Shown piece by piece: positions 9,318 to 18,673 of a stretch of 64,000 nt of DNA. Numbering within the stretch: the stretch's first letter is position 1; each line of letters opens with the position of its first letter. The notes beneath the pieces were generated by a model. It searched no databases and was not told where the DNA came from. It was given only the letters and a program-made list of their open reading frames with translations. Made by a program: the position numbers and the translations under genes. Source of the stretch: a virus (lineage: Duplodnaviria; Caudoviricetes); the IMG/VR virus record IMGVR_UViG_3300020029_000569, positions 1 to 64,000 of that record; one strand, written 5' to 3'.

Positions 9318-10235
9318 TTAAAGAGTTACGATTCCTTCTTTTTTATTTATCAGCGATTTGCTTGCTGCTAAGTGAACTAAAGCGTTTGTAACTTGCCCTG
9401 CAATTTGATGGTCAAAATCAGATACTACGTCTTTCAAATCAGCACCTCTAACTACTGCTACTGTCGAAGCAATTATTTCGGCTAAATTTGAGTAATCTTC
9501 AACTACAATGCACCTTTCGCCTAAAGTTTTTTTCCAAAATTGAACGATGCTGTCAGTTTTGCCTGTCGGAGTTTGGTGCATATGCAAATGAAAAACATGA
9601 TACATTCTTTGCGCTTCGCTTAATAATTGCTCTGCTTTAATGTCCTCGCCAAATTCATAACCTAACAAATCTTTCAATGTTTCTTTGTCAAGTTCGGGGT
9701 GTGTTTTTTCGTCTCCTATTGTGAATAAAAATCCTTTTTCGCCACGTTTCTCGAAACAATCAATAGAAGTGTGCCGTCCTGCGAATAGCCACGCCAATGA
9801 ATAACTTTCCATGTTTTGACCGCCACCACCTCCTTCGAGGTAGATTTTAGTAAGCCATTTATTTAATTCCTCCGTTCCTGCTTCATATTGTCCTACCTGC
9901 AATGGTGAACGGTCTGAAATATGGTCTCCAATGCCGCCAAACATCACATGAGCATCAGGTACTCCGTGTGAAATTAAGGTTGTCATTAATGACCCTAACT
10001 TTTCTCTTACAAGTATTTCAGGTATATCACCCATGCTACCTGTAACGTCTAAAAATACAGCTACCGCCAAACTTTCAGGGTGTGCATCGGAATCCCGACT
10101 TTCTCTGAATTTTACGTTTTTAGGCGACATATCTGAATCAAGGTTTGTGCTTGTAAAGATTTGCGCTGTTGTCTTGGTTGTATAGTCTTTTTTAAGATGG
10201 CTATACGCATCGTTTGACCATGATGAACTTCCCAT
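9318..10235 (-). CDS. vWA-domain protein
   Basis: MIDAS-like DVTGSMG, GGGGG..ESY, FTIGDE. Confidence 0.85.
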   Translation of the reverse strand: MGSSSWSNDAYSHLKKDYTTKTTAQIFTSTNLDSDMSPKNVKFRESRDSDAHPESLAVAVFLDVTGSMGDIPEILVREKLGSLMTTLISHGVPDAHVMFGGIGDHISDRSPLQVGQYEAGTEELNKWLTKIYLEGGGGGQNMESYSLAWLFAGRHTSIDCFEKRGEKGFLFTIGDEKTHPELDKETLKDLLGYEFGEDIKAEQLLSEAQRMYHVFHLHMHQTPTGKTDSIVQFWKKTLGERCIVVEDYSNLAEIIASTVAVVRGADLKDVVSDFDHQIAGQVTNALVHLAASKSLINKKEGIVTL

Positions 10236-10247
10236 TTTGTTTTGTTT

Positions 10248-11123
10248 TTAAATGTTTAATAAATGAAACTCTTTTTTGAAATTTTTTCTTAGTAATTCTT
10301 TGTATGCAGTAAGTGTATTGTGTGCGTTGTCGTGTTGGTTAATTATGAAATTTACAAAGTCCTCGTTATGTGTTTTTCTTAGTTTTATTGCCGTGCCTGA
10401 CGTATCTCCCAATACATAAGATGCTATCTTTTTTGCCATTTCAATATCAATAGTAGGTGTTGCAATTTTAGTGCCAAATACTTCTGACGGATACCAATTT
10501 TGGTACTTACCAGATATTGTACCTATCTTATTTCCAAACTTTGTTAAGTGATAAAATGAGCAAATTTGAATACCGTGATTTTCGGGTATAATAAAAACCG
10601 ATTCAGGTGTTAACCCGCAATGAGACATTCCCAATTCTGACAAATAAGCACAATATTCTAAAAGCCTATTCAGCACCCAATTAGCGTGTTCTTGCGGCAA
10701 TACAAGCCCTGATAATGGGATTGCTCTTTTGTCAAATGTAAATCTAACTTTAGATGCCGATAACCTAACAGCGTCAGATGGAATGTATTTTTTGAAATGG
10801 TTATCATTATCTCCTTTAAGGTTAATTAAAATGTTGTAATTTTCTAATGACCAACTCAAGTTTTTTTCATTTGATTCAAATTCTACCCAATACCCATTAG
10901 TTTTAAAAGTGCCGCAATCGTCTTTATATTGCCTGCCGTTTTCAAAATAATCCTTATACTGATTCATTTTCATAGTAGCCTCTGACGCCCCGTTTAATTT
11001 ACATATATCGGGATGAATTTCTTTTAAAATGCCATTAAATTCATTTTTGAAATCAGATACAGAAATTATATCTTCTAATTTTAAAGAAGTGTTTATTTTT
11101 TCTATCAATTCTGCCGTTTGCAT
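10248..11123 (-). CDS. J-domain-like (HPD) plus degenerate protein-kinase-fold protein
   Basis: LKEIHPD; WVLNRLLE..YL...GMSHCGLTPESVFI; YPSEV...DIEM. Confidence 0.7.
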   Translation of the reverse strand: MQTAELIEKINTSLKLEDIISVSDFKNEFNGILKEIHPDICKLNGASEATMKMNQYKDYFENGRQYKDDCGTFKTNGYWVEFESNEKNLSWSLENYNILINLKGDNDNHFKKYIPSDAVRLSASKVRFTFDKRAIPLSGLVLPQEHANWVLNRLLEYCAYLSELGMSHCGLTPESVFIIPENHGIQICSFYHLTKFGNKIGTISGKYQNWYPSEVFGTKIATPTIDIEMAKKIASYVLGDTSGTAIKLRKTHNEDFVNFIINQHDNAHNTLTAYKELLRKNFKKEFHLLNI

Positions 11124-11139
11124 ATTTGTATGTTGTTTT

Positions 11140-11436
11140 TTATTTTGTTGTTATTTCCAAAAGTGCTGATTCAAATGCTTGTTCTCTTGTAAACCCTTTT
11201 TCTATATAAAACTTATATCTTGGGATCACCATTTGGAACTCCAATTCTGTAAGGTTACATTCTAATGCCTGTTCATACACATAGTCCATTATAGGGTTTC
11301 CCATATCAAACCTTATGAAGTTTTCTTTTTTTAAATAAACAAGGTTATCTGCTATGTTACGGTAATGCTCTATTTCTGATATGTCGCAAGACATCATGTT
11401 CTGATAGGTGGTTTCTAATAGTGAAGTGTAGTTCAT
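11140..11436 (-). CDS. Hypothetical protein
   Basis: ATG start MNYTSLL within the track ORF 11140..11496. Confidence 0.55.
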   Translation of the reverse strand: MNYTSLLETTYQNMMSCDISEIEHYRNIADNLVYLKKENFIRFDMGNPIMDYVYEQALECNLTELEFQMVIPRYKFYIEKGFTREQAFESALLEITTK

Positions 11437-11625
11437 ATCTATTCGTTTATTTTTATTAAACTTAAAATGCAAGCAATAACGCCACAAATTCCGCAAAAAA
11501 ATAAAAATAATGAAAAACCATATTCCTTATTCTTGAATCTCGAATATGCCCCATATATATTTATTGGTGCGACTATAAAGTTTATGATAAATAAAAAGAT
11601 GTACATTTTGTTTTAATTTAGAAAG

Positions 11626-11726
11626 CAAAGATAATGATAGTTTTGATAAAATAACAAACGACAAACTCGTTAACAACAAAATAACAACGGATTAAATAAA
11701 ATATTAAAACAGATACTATACCTTTG
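11626..11726. promoter_or_regulatory. Divergent promoter pair with direct repeats between them
   Basis: TATCTTTG on minus at 11626-11633; TACCTTTG on plus at 11719-11726; AAAATAACAA at 11648 and 11678. Confidence 0.7.
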
Positions 11727-11745
11727 CCTTACAAACATAAATAAT

Positions 11746-11988
11746 ATGAGTGAAATTAAAATTTTAGATAAGTCCGTTTTTAAGAAATTAGAAAAAAACA
11801 ACCTTATAAGAAAAGGTGATTATACTGTGTTGGGAAAAGAAACAGGCAAAAGTCGACAGCACATTAAGTTGGTAATATGCAACGAGGCTTCTACAACAAA
11901 AGAAGTAGTTGATGCTATTATGGATTTTTACACTAATAGAATTAACGAGAAAAAAGATACCGCCGAAGCCATAAATGAATTATTATGA
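11746..11988 (+). CDS. Probable HTH (Cro-like) regulator
   Basis: GDYTVLGKETGKSRQHIKLVI; first gene after the divergent promoters. Confidence 0.6.
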   Translation: MSEIKILDKSVFKKLEKNNLIRKGDYTVLGKETGKSRQHIKLVICNEASTTKEVVDAIMDFYTNRINEKKDTAEAINELL

Positions 11989-12539
11989 ATTTAGACTGCA
12001 ATAACATAGTTGAAGAAGCGGAGGTATATTCATCTATTAACAATATTGTTAATAGGAAATGTGGGGTGTATATCATCACACAAAACAAAACAAGAAGGGG
12101 GGCTATTTTATATATTGGGTGTACATCGTGTTTAAAAAAGAGGCTTTCGGATACATCGCACCCATATTACCGTGCCGTGAAAAAATTCGGTATAGATTAT
12201 GTAAGCATTCGATTTGTACCAATTTTGGAGGATAAATTCTTTTTTGAACGAGTTTTAATAGCGGAAAACACTCCTATTTACAATCTGTCTGTACCTAAAA
12301 ATATAGTATTGAATACTGCGGTTGTATATAAATTTAAAACATTCGTAAAGGTAAAAATGATAAAAGATACAGATTTTTTATACGATTTATATCTAAAGTA
12401 CAGAACAGCAAAAGTTGATTACGGCAAAATAGAAAGTATGATTCTTTTTGACTGCCAAACACTATTTCATTACGATAAGTTAGATTTTATTTCAAATGCT
12501 CTGAATATACCAATTAATCAATTAACAATAAACGAATAA
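11985..12539 (+). CDS. GIY-YIG-like domain protein
   Basis: GVYII...LYIG.T..LKKRL...E..LI....PIYN. Confidence 0.7.
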   Translation: MNLDCNNIVEEAEVYSSINNIVNRKCGVYIITQNKTRRGAILYIGCTSCLKKRLSDTSHPYYRAVKKFGIDYVSIRFVPILEDKFFFERVLIAENTPIYNLSVPKNIVLNTAVVYKFKTFVKVKMIKDTDFLYDLYLKYRTAKVDYGKIESMILFDCQTLFHYDKLDFISNALNIPINQLTINE

Positions 12540-12571
12540 CATAATCACTAATTTAAAAACTGCAAAAGATA

Positions 12572-12754
12572 ATGAACAACACAAGAAACAAAATCGCAAA
12601 CGAAATACCCTATCTGAAAAATGACGTAAGGTTATTAAACTCCTTAATGGTATTCCTTGAAGAACTCCATAAGATGTGTTATCAGATTAACGAATTACAA
12701 AAAGAAAAGACTATCCGAATAGAGGTGGTTATTGAAGATAAAATTAAACCTTAA
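12572..12754 (+). CDS. Hypothetical protein
   Basis: ORF in the co-directional operon. Confidence 0.45.
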   Translation: MNNTRNKIANEIPYLKNDVRLLNSLMVFLEELHKMCYQINELQKEKTIRIEVVIEDKIKP

Positions 12755-12766
12755 AAATAAATACCC

Positions 12767-13111
12767 ATGAAAAGTTTAGCAAATCAATTTCAACTCGATT
12801 TCACAGTACATTCAGTAGAAAACAATTCAGAAAGTCAATCAATTTTAAATGAGCATAAGAAAAAGTTTTCACACCAATGCAAAGCTATTTTCGACTACCT
12901 AATGCGTGGTGGCAAACTAACATCACATTCAGCACTACAAGGGATAAGATACGAAGATAAACTTGTACAGATAGGACACCTGCCAAGACGTATTGCAGAC
13001 CTTAAAGAGAATGGGGTAATGCTTTCCTTTACTCTAAGAGATTCATTCAAAGAGTGGTATGTTTCAGAAGGCGATTTTGAATTTAACCAAAAAACCTTTA
13101 ATCATGAGTAA
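12767..13111 (+). CDS. Winged-HTH phage protein
   Basis: QCKAIFDYLMRGGKLT..A...HLPRRIADLKENG. Confidence 0.7.
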   Translation: MKSLANQFQLDFTVHSVENNSESQSILNEHKKKFSHQCKAIFDYLMRGGKLTSHSALQGIRYEDKLVQIGHLPRRIADLKENGVMLSFTLRDSFKEWYVSEGDFEFNQKTFNHE

Positions 13112-13382
13112 GATAATAGATATAGCTTTATTAGCTAAGATGCCTATAACTAAAGAGTTTTCAGAACTTTTATTTGGTATTGATTCATTTAATATTGAAC
13201 GTAAGGTGTCATTTGATTTATTTTTAATATGGTGTGATGATTTGTATTATTCATTTAGTGAAAATGGAAATATCCTAAGTTGGGAGGAGGATGATAAAAA
13301 TAACGCAGAGGTGAAAATATTTTTAAATTACTTTCAGATAGTAAGATATATAGATAACTACCTTAATAGTTTAAAGGGTTAA
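13104..13382 (+). CDS. Hypothetical protein
   Basis: Start MSKII overlaps the end of the upstream gene. Confidence 0.55.
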   Translation: MSKIIDIALLAKMPITKEFSELLFGIDSFNIERKVSFDLFLIWCDDLYYSFSENGNILSWEEDDKNNAEVKIFLNYFQIVRYIDNYLNSLKG

Positions 13383-13383
13383 A

Positions 13384-13626
13384 ATGGCCTGCAAGTCAAA
13401 TAAAAAAGGATACGAAAAACGTAAGGCGCAAGAAGTCCTAAATGCACTTTTGAAAAACGGTAAATGGAACAAAAAAAACAAAGAAGGACGTATATACCCG
13501 TGTCCTGATTGCAATATGTGGCACATAACGTCATTGAAGAATGAAAGTGTTGATATGAGGGGTATTCAGATTACATTTAAAAAACGATGGGAAAATTTAT
13601 TAAAAAATCAAAATAAAGAACAATGA
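13384..13626 (+). CDS. Small zinc-ribbon protein
   Basis: RIYPCPDCNMWHITS. Confidence 0.7.
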   Translation: MACKSNKKGYEKRKAQEVLNALLKNGKWNKKNKEGRIYPCPDCNMWHITSLKNESVDMRGIQITFKKRWENLLKNQNKEQ

Positions 13627-14081
13627 AAGATTCAATGCAAAGAAGGTTTATGGTTATTGCGGATTACCCTTATTCGCCATACAGAATAAACGATATTATC
13701 ACAATGCCTGAAAATAGCGGCAGTTTTCATTTAACTACTACAAGTTATAGAGATGAATTTGGGGAATGTGTTTACCAAAATAATTATAGTTCACTTGATA
13801 ATATTTTAAAATACCCGCACCTATTCCGTGAATTATCATGGTGGGAAGGATTAAGAGAAAATGAAATGCCAGAGTACATTAGTTATGTTAGTTTGACATT
13901 AAAAGATAGATACGGAAATGATGAAAGTAAAACAAGGATTTATTTGCATATAACAAAATGGACTAAAAATAATAAAGGGATATGGTATTACAATGGTAGC
14001 ATTTATAATGAAATTTCAGACTTGTACCAACCATCAACCCTCGAACAATACACCGAATACATTAACTCTAAAAAACAATAA
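13623..14081 (+). CDS. Phage hypothetical protein
   Basis: VIADYP...KYPHLFRELSWWE motif. Confidence 0.65.
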   Translation: MKDSMQRRFMVIADYPYSPYRINDIITMPENSGSFHLTTTSYRDEFGECVYQNNYSSLDNILKYPHLFRELSWWEGLRENEMPEYISYVSLTLKDRYGNDESKTRIYLHITKWTKNNKGIWYYNGSIYNEISDLYQPSTLEQYTEYINSKKQ

Positions 14082-14083
14082 CG

Positions 14084-14461
14084 ATGAACTACTACGAGAA
14101 ACAAAAGTTAATAGCAATAACTATACTATGTGAATCCTTTAAGATTACTAAGGAGAAGATGTTTAGTAAGTCAAGGAAAAGGGAATATACTGATGCAAGA
14201 TTTCTATTATGCTTATGGATAAAACAAAATACTACAATGTCATTAAAAGAGATAGGCAGGGAGGTTAGGGATGTTCCATACGACCACACCAGTGCAATGC
14301 ACGCAATCGGTGAAGCTAAGAACCTAATCAAGCAAAACACCATGCACTACAATGTATATTCAGCATTACCAAAGATAGATAGGGTTAAAATGTCAGATCG
14401 TAAAGATTACCCTATACTCCCTGCTATTAGGTTTAGACACTTTTACTCATTTGCTAAATAA
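14084..14461 (+). CDS. DnaA C-terminal (domain IV)-like HTH protein
   Basis: SKSRKRE..DAR...SLKEIG...DHTSAMHA. Confidence 0.8.
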   Translation: MNYYEKQKLIAITILCESFKITKEKMFSKSRKREYTDARFLLCLWIKQNTTMSLKEIGREVRDVPYDHTSAMHAIGEAKNLIKQNTMHYNVYSALPKIDRVKMSDRKDYPILPAIRFRHFYSFAK

Positions 14462-14468
14462 TAAATAC

Positions 14469-14654
14469 ATGAAAGACTTATTAAAAGAATATAAAGGGGA
14501 CTTGTCAAATTACGATTGCATTAAAGGCGAGTTGGATAATGTTATAGAAGAAATGGATAATATAAATAGACTAAAGCTAAGAGCCGATGTTGCTAATGAA
14601 ATATTAGAACATATAAAAGAAATAAGAATGATACTATTTTCTATTAATGACTAA
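14469..14654 (+). CDS. Hypothetical protein
   Basis: ORF in operon. Confidence 0.45.
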   Translation: MKDLLKEYKGDLSNYDCIKGELDNVIEEMDNINRLKLRADVANEILEHIKEIRMILFSIND

Positions 14655-14880
14655 AACAAAATATATAAAAATGAAAGACCAACCCTTTTACATGGTTTAT
14701 CTTCAAGATGAAGATAGCCCTACATACAAACATGATTCTTTAGAATCTGCTGAAAAAGAAGCTAAAAGACTTTCTAAGTCATTTAGAAAAAAAGCATTTG
14801 TTTTATGCAGCCTTAAATCATTTGAATTAAGCGAATTTATTATTAATGATTGTAGGCCAAATGAAGATTTACCTTTTTAA
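14647..14880 (+). CDS. Phage hypothetical protein
   Basis: PTYKH.S.ESAEKEAKRL motif. Confidence 0.65.
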   Translation: MTKTKYIKMKDQPFYMVYLQDEDSPTYKHDSLESAEKEAKRLSKSFRKKAFVLCSLKSFELSEFIINDCRPNEDLPF

Positions 14881-14889
14881 AGATATAGT

Positions 14890-15159
14890 ATGAAAAAATA
14901 CAAAGAGGATGATACCCTAATAGAGTACACTTCCCAAAATATATTCTTAAATGTAACAGAGTTTTTAATGATAGAATACCTGCAAGAAAACTATGTAAGG
15001 GTTTACGACTTTTCAAATGGATCAAAATCTACCACCAAAATAGCAAAGAAAGTAACAGGCATAAAATCTGATGTAGTAATCATAAACAAGCGGGTGTTCT
15101 CTATTCCTAAACCTATCTATTGGGTTAAACATAAAAATATTTTGAGAAAATTAGGATAA
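14890..15159 (+). CDS. Hypothetical protein
   Basis: ORF in operon. Confidence 0.5.
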   Translation: MKKYKEDDTLIEYTSQNIFLNVTEFLMIEYLQENYVRVYDFSNGSKSTTKIAKKVTGIKSDVVIINKRVFSIPKPIYWVKHKNILRKLG

Positions 15160-15174
15160 TTCAAAAACACATTA

Positions 15175-15327
15175 TACATTTACATCGCTGAATATCCCAA
15201 TATGAAATTACAAAAAATTATTTATTCTTAAAATACCCCTTGTCGGGGGAGGAAATCTTTTTCTTTACTGCTGTTTCAGCGGTCATTGGTAAAATATTCA
15301 GCACCTCTCCCGACAAGGATTTTTTAC
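15175..15327 (+). promoter_or_regulatory. Structured leader RNA / attenuator upstream of the HNH-initiator-DnaB genes
   Basis: 15-bp stem 15238-15252 with 15304-15318 plus T6; GCTGAATAT 15187-15195 complementary to 15294-15302; 9-codon uORF 15202-15231. Confidence 0.65.
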
Positions 15328-15684
15328 ATGGCTAAAATAGTACATATAGTAAAATGGGCTAAAATAAATAGCTTTAATAGTTATTTTATTTCAAACACAG
15401 GATTTGTCAGACTAAATAAAAGGATTCTGCCATTTGCTTATGGCGGTAATAAAAGACCGTTTGTCTCTTTAAGGGAGGCAGATCCAAAAAATAAAAAATA
15501 TGAAAGGAAGTATATACACGAGCTTGTATGGACTCACTTTAGCGGTAAAGAGAAAGTAAAAGGATTTGAAATTCACCACAAAGATGGGGATTATCTTAAT
15601 AACCATATTGATAATTTAGAATACCTAAGCAAAGAGCAACATTATGAAAAGCATAAACAAATGAAAAATATATTAAATAAATAG
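15328..15684 (+). CDS. HNH endonuclease (NUMOD4-like N-terminus)
   Basis: YFISNTG.V; IHELVWTHF; HHKDGDYLNNHIDNLE. Confidence 0.85.
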   Translation: MAKIVHIVKWAKINSFNSYFISNTGFVRLNKRILPFAYGGNKRPFVSLREADPKNKKYERKYIHELVWTHFSGKEKVKGFEIHHKDGDYLNNHIDNLEYLSKEQHYEKHKQMKNILNK

Positions 15685-15688
15685 TAGC

Positions 15689-16513
15689 ATGAGCAAGGAA
15701 CTCCCATATTTTAAATTTTATGTAAACGAATGGATTACAGGTGATATTACGCTTGAAGATTTTGACGTACAAGGCGTTTTTATTAACATTTGCGCTTACT
15801 ATTGGAGTAAGGGATGTGTATGTACTTTTTCTCAATTAAAAAAGAGATTTAGGACTGTTGATGATAAAACATATCAGATACTCATTGATAGCAAAATAAT
15901 GAAAGTTGATAAAAGCGATAATGTAATAATAAACTTTTTAATAGAACAAACAGAGGATAGGATAAGCAAATCTGAAACCAATACTAAAAACGGTAAAAAA
16001 GGGGGCAGACCGCCAAAAACTATCGAACCGCCACAAAAAGAAAACCCAAAAGAAACCGAAATAAAACCAAATGAAAACCCAAAAGAAACCGAAGATGAAG
16101 CAAATTGTAAAGCGAAAAAAACCAATATAGAGGAGATAAGAGAAGAAGAGATAAGAGAAGATAATATTATCATTGAAGATGTAAAAAATGATGATTTTTC
16201 TTTTTCTGAACATACGGTTAGGATACAATACGATAAATTTTTAAAAACCGATTCTGTACAAAAAGACCAAATGGCAATGAACAACCAAATGACTAAAAGG
16301 CAAATTGATGTTGCTTGTATTGGATTTGTCACATCGTTGCTTGAATCGGGAGAACTTGAAATGAAAAGCATTTATCCTAAATTTGGGTATCATTTCAGAA
16401 ATTGGTTTAACAAGTTTGGTAAGGATAACTTATCTGCTGTTCCTAAAGCAAAAATAGAAGTCGAGTTTAAGAAGTTTAAAATACACGAATTTAAAGAAAA
16501 GGAACTGATATGA
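15689..16513 (+). CDS. Phage replication initiator (lambda O analogue, DUF1376-like N-terminus)
   Basis: LPYFKFYV.EW.TG; NGKKGGRP; internal iteron-like repeats; directly upstream of DnaB. Confidence 0.8.
   Translation: MSKELPYFKFYVNEWITGDITLEDFDVQGVFINICAYYWSKGCVCTFSQLKKRFRTVDDKTYQILIDSKIMKVDKSDNVIINFLIEQTEDRISKSETNTKNGKKGGRPPKTIEPPQKENPKETEIKPNENPKETEDEANCKAKKTNIEEIREEEIREDNIIIEDVKNDDFSFSEHTVRIQYDKFLKTDSVQKDQMAMNNQMTKRQIDVACIGFVTSLLESGELEMKSIYPKFGYHFRNWFNKFGKDNLSAVPKAKIEVEFKKFKIHEFKEKELI
16040..16094 (+). repeat. Five roughly 11-bp iteron-like units; probable replication origin
   Basis: GAAAACCCAAAAGAAACCGAA at 16040 and 16073, 33 bp apart. Confidence 0.65.
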
Positions 16514-17832
16514 CACAAGCATTAAGACTATCGAATAACCACTCACAATATTTAGAAGATAGCGTTATAGGGGTTATGTTTTTTGAACCTGCAAAAGCAC
16601 CTATAATTTGCAATTTACTTTTTGAAGATTATTTCTATTATGATTTTAATAAATTAGTTTTCAAGACCATATCAGAAATGGTAGGTGATTATAAAAAAAT
16701 TGATTACATAACCGTATCAGAGGCTATTTCCGTTAAACAAAATTCAAAAAAGTTTAACGGGGAGAAGATAAGCTACCTTTTGGGAAACATGATGAAAGAT
16801 GTAGTTAGCGGTGCGCACATAGAAGCATGGTGCGATATTATCATTCACTACTACAAGTCAAGAAACATAGAATCTATTGCAGATATATCAGCATCTGGGT
16901 TATCTACATTTGAAAAACAAGAAAAGATAGTTGAACTGTTAAGAAAGTCAGAAGTTTCAAAACATAATAACTCATGGATGAAAATGGGCGATGTGTTAAA
17001 TGGTTTTATTCAGTATTATGCAGATAATCAAGGGAAAGAGTTTTTAGGATTGGAATTTGGGTTTAAAAAATTAGATTGGTTGTTAAGCGGATGCAGGGGA
17101 GGTGATTTGATAATTTTAGGTGCAAGACCTTCTATTGGAAAGAGTGCCTTAGCATCACAGGTGGCTGTAAATGTTGCAAGAAGTTTTAAATCTGTTGGTG
17201 TAGTTACATTAGAAATGACAAATCAACAACTTGTGGGCAGGATGATAAGCTATGCTACAGATACGCCATACGAAGATATTAACAGGCTAAAAGCACCATT
17301 AGACCACATGGAACGAAGTGCTTTGGCAATGACAGATTTGCCTATAATATTTTCAGAAGAAACAAAATGCAGTATCGAGGGAATTAGAGCATCATTTCAA
17401 AAACTCAATTTAAGTATTAAGGTTGACCTTTTGATAATTGACTATGTACAGCTAATGGAATCAGAAGCTAAGACGCATACTAAAAATGATGAAGTTGGTA
17501 AAATTACAAGGGGATTAAAGCAAATGGCAAAGGAACACGATATACCCGTAATCGCACTTGCTCAATTAAACAGAGAAGGGGTTGCAAAGGGAGAACCACA
17601 ATTAGAGAGTTTAAGAGATAGCGGAAATATTGAACAGGATGCAGATAAGGTAATTTTCCTGCACGGAGATAGGGAATTGGAAGATAGGTTGGTTATTGTC
17701 GCTAAAAACAGAAGTGGCAAGTTAGGAAAAGTAGCAATGAAGTATCAAGGAAATTATATGAAATTTATAGAGGTTGGAGAAGTTCAAAACTTTAGCGACA
17801 ACACAAACCCAACAGAATATTTACCATTTTAG
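16510..17832 (+). CDS. dnaB: Replicative DNA helicase
   Basis: GARPSIGKS, IIDYVQL, LAQLNR, LRDSGNIEQDAD, KNRSG. Confidence 0.96.
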   Translation: MTQALRLSNNHSQYLEDSVIGVMFFEPAKAPIICNLLFEDYFYYDFNKLVFKTISEMVGDYKKIDYITVSEAISVKQNSKKFNGEKISYLLGNMMKDVVSGAHIEAWCDIIIHYYKSRNIESIADISASGLSTFEKQEKIVELLRKSEVSKHNNSWMKMGDVLNGFIQYYADNQGKEFLGLEFGFKKLDWLLSGCRGGDLIILGARPSIGKSALASQVAVNVARSFKSVGVVTLEMTNQQLVGRMISYATDTPYEDINRLKAPLDHMERSALAMTDLPIIFSEETKCSIEGIRASFQKLNLSIKVDLLIIDYVQLMESEAKTHTKNDEVGKITRGLKQMAKEHDIPVIALAQLNREGVAKGEPQLESLRDSGNIEQDADKVIFLHGDRELEDRLVIVAKNRSGKLGKVAMKYQGNYMKFIEVGEVQNFSDNTNPTEYLPF

Positions 17833-17835
17833 ATT

Positions 17836-18099
17836 ATGGAACAACAAGGAATATTAAAAGGAAAAAATAACAACTTCATTTATGCTTACATGGGTGGGGA
17901 AACATTTTTGAATGTAACCACAGGAGTTTCAAAATACATACCTCTAAAAGATGCAAAGAGTTTATTTGTAATACCAATAACCCTAAACAAAATGGTAGAG
18001 AAGAACCCAACTATAATTGACTTAGTAGAAAGGTTAGGTTTGAAATTAGAGGATTATACAGAAGAAGAAAAAAAAGAATTTTTAAAAAATAATGAATAA
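17836..18099 (+). CDS. Hypothetical protein
   Basis: Follows dnaB by 3 nt. Confidence 0.55.
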   Translation: MEQQGILKGKNNNFIYAYMGGETFLNVTTGVSKYIPLKDAKSLFVIPITLNKMVEKNPTIIDLVERLGLKLEDYTEEEKKEFLKNNE

Positions 18100-18137
18100 T
18101 ATTTGGATATTAATATTTCATAGTGTAAATTTGTGTT

Positions 18138-18299
18138 ATGTCAAAAGAAGTAATAAAATTTAATGAAATAAGAATGGTACGAATAGAACCAAACATATTT
18201 GAGTTAATTAAAAAAATGGCAAAGGAAAACAAAAGAACTTTAGGTAATCAGTCGATGATTATGTTGAAGGAACTTATTGAAATTAAAAAACTAAAATAA
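18138..18299 (+). CDS. 53-aa Arc-like ribbon-helix-helix regulator (not in ORF track)
   Basis: MVRIEPNIFELIKKMAKENKRTLGNQ; TAAATTTG at 18126-18133 just upstream. Confidence 0.7.
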   Translation: MSKEVIKFNEIRMVRIEPNIFELIKKMAKENKRTLGNQSMIMLKELIEIKKLK

Positions 18300-18305
18300 A
18301 ATATA

Positions 18306-18578
18306 ATGGCACAAAACATTGCACTAAAAATTAACGTAAAAGATATTGACAAGGCAAAACTATTTGTAGGGGAAAAAGGTGTTTACCTTGATGCTGCAAT
18401 AATTATGAAAGATGAAAATGATGAATATGGAAATATTGGGATGATTGTACAATCCGTTTCGGAAGAAGAAAGAAAAGCAGGAGTGAAGGGAAAGATTTTA
18501 GGGAACGCAAAATATATAGTCAAAAAAGAGGTTTCTCAAGAAAAGAAAGAAGAAGAACTAAATGATCTTCCATTTTAA
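18306..18578 (+). CDS. Bacteroidota-phage single-stranded DNA-binding protein
   Basis: GEKGVYLD..D.YGN.G.I.Q..EER..ILGNAK and acidic NDLPF tail. Confidence 0.7.
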   Translation: MAQNIALKINVKDIDKAKLFVGEKGVYLDAAIIMKDENDEYGNIGMIVQSVSEEERKAGVKGKILGNAKYIVKKEVSQEKKEEELNDLPF

Positions 18579-18590
18579 AATTTACAAACT

Positions 18591-18668
18591 ATGGATGGTA
18601 TTATCTTCTTTCTAATTGCTTGTTGCTTGACATTGTTTGTGGTGCTTTACAAAACTGAAAAAAAATAA
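18591..18668 (+). CDS. 25-aa single-transmembrane peptide upstream of the lysin
   Basis: MDGIIFFLIACCLTLFVVLYKTEKK; fills the SSB-lysin gap. Confidence 0.4.
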   Translation: MDGIIFFLIACCLTLFVVLYKTEKK

Positions 18669-18673
18669 AAATT

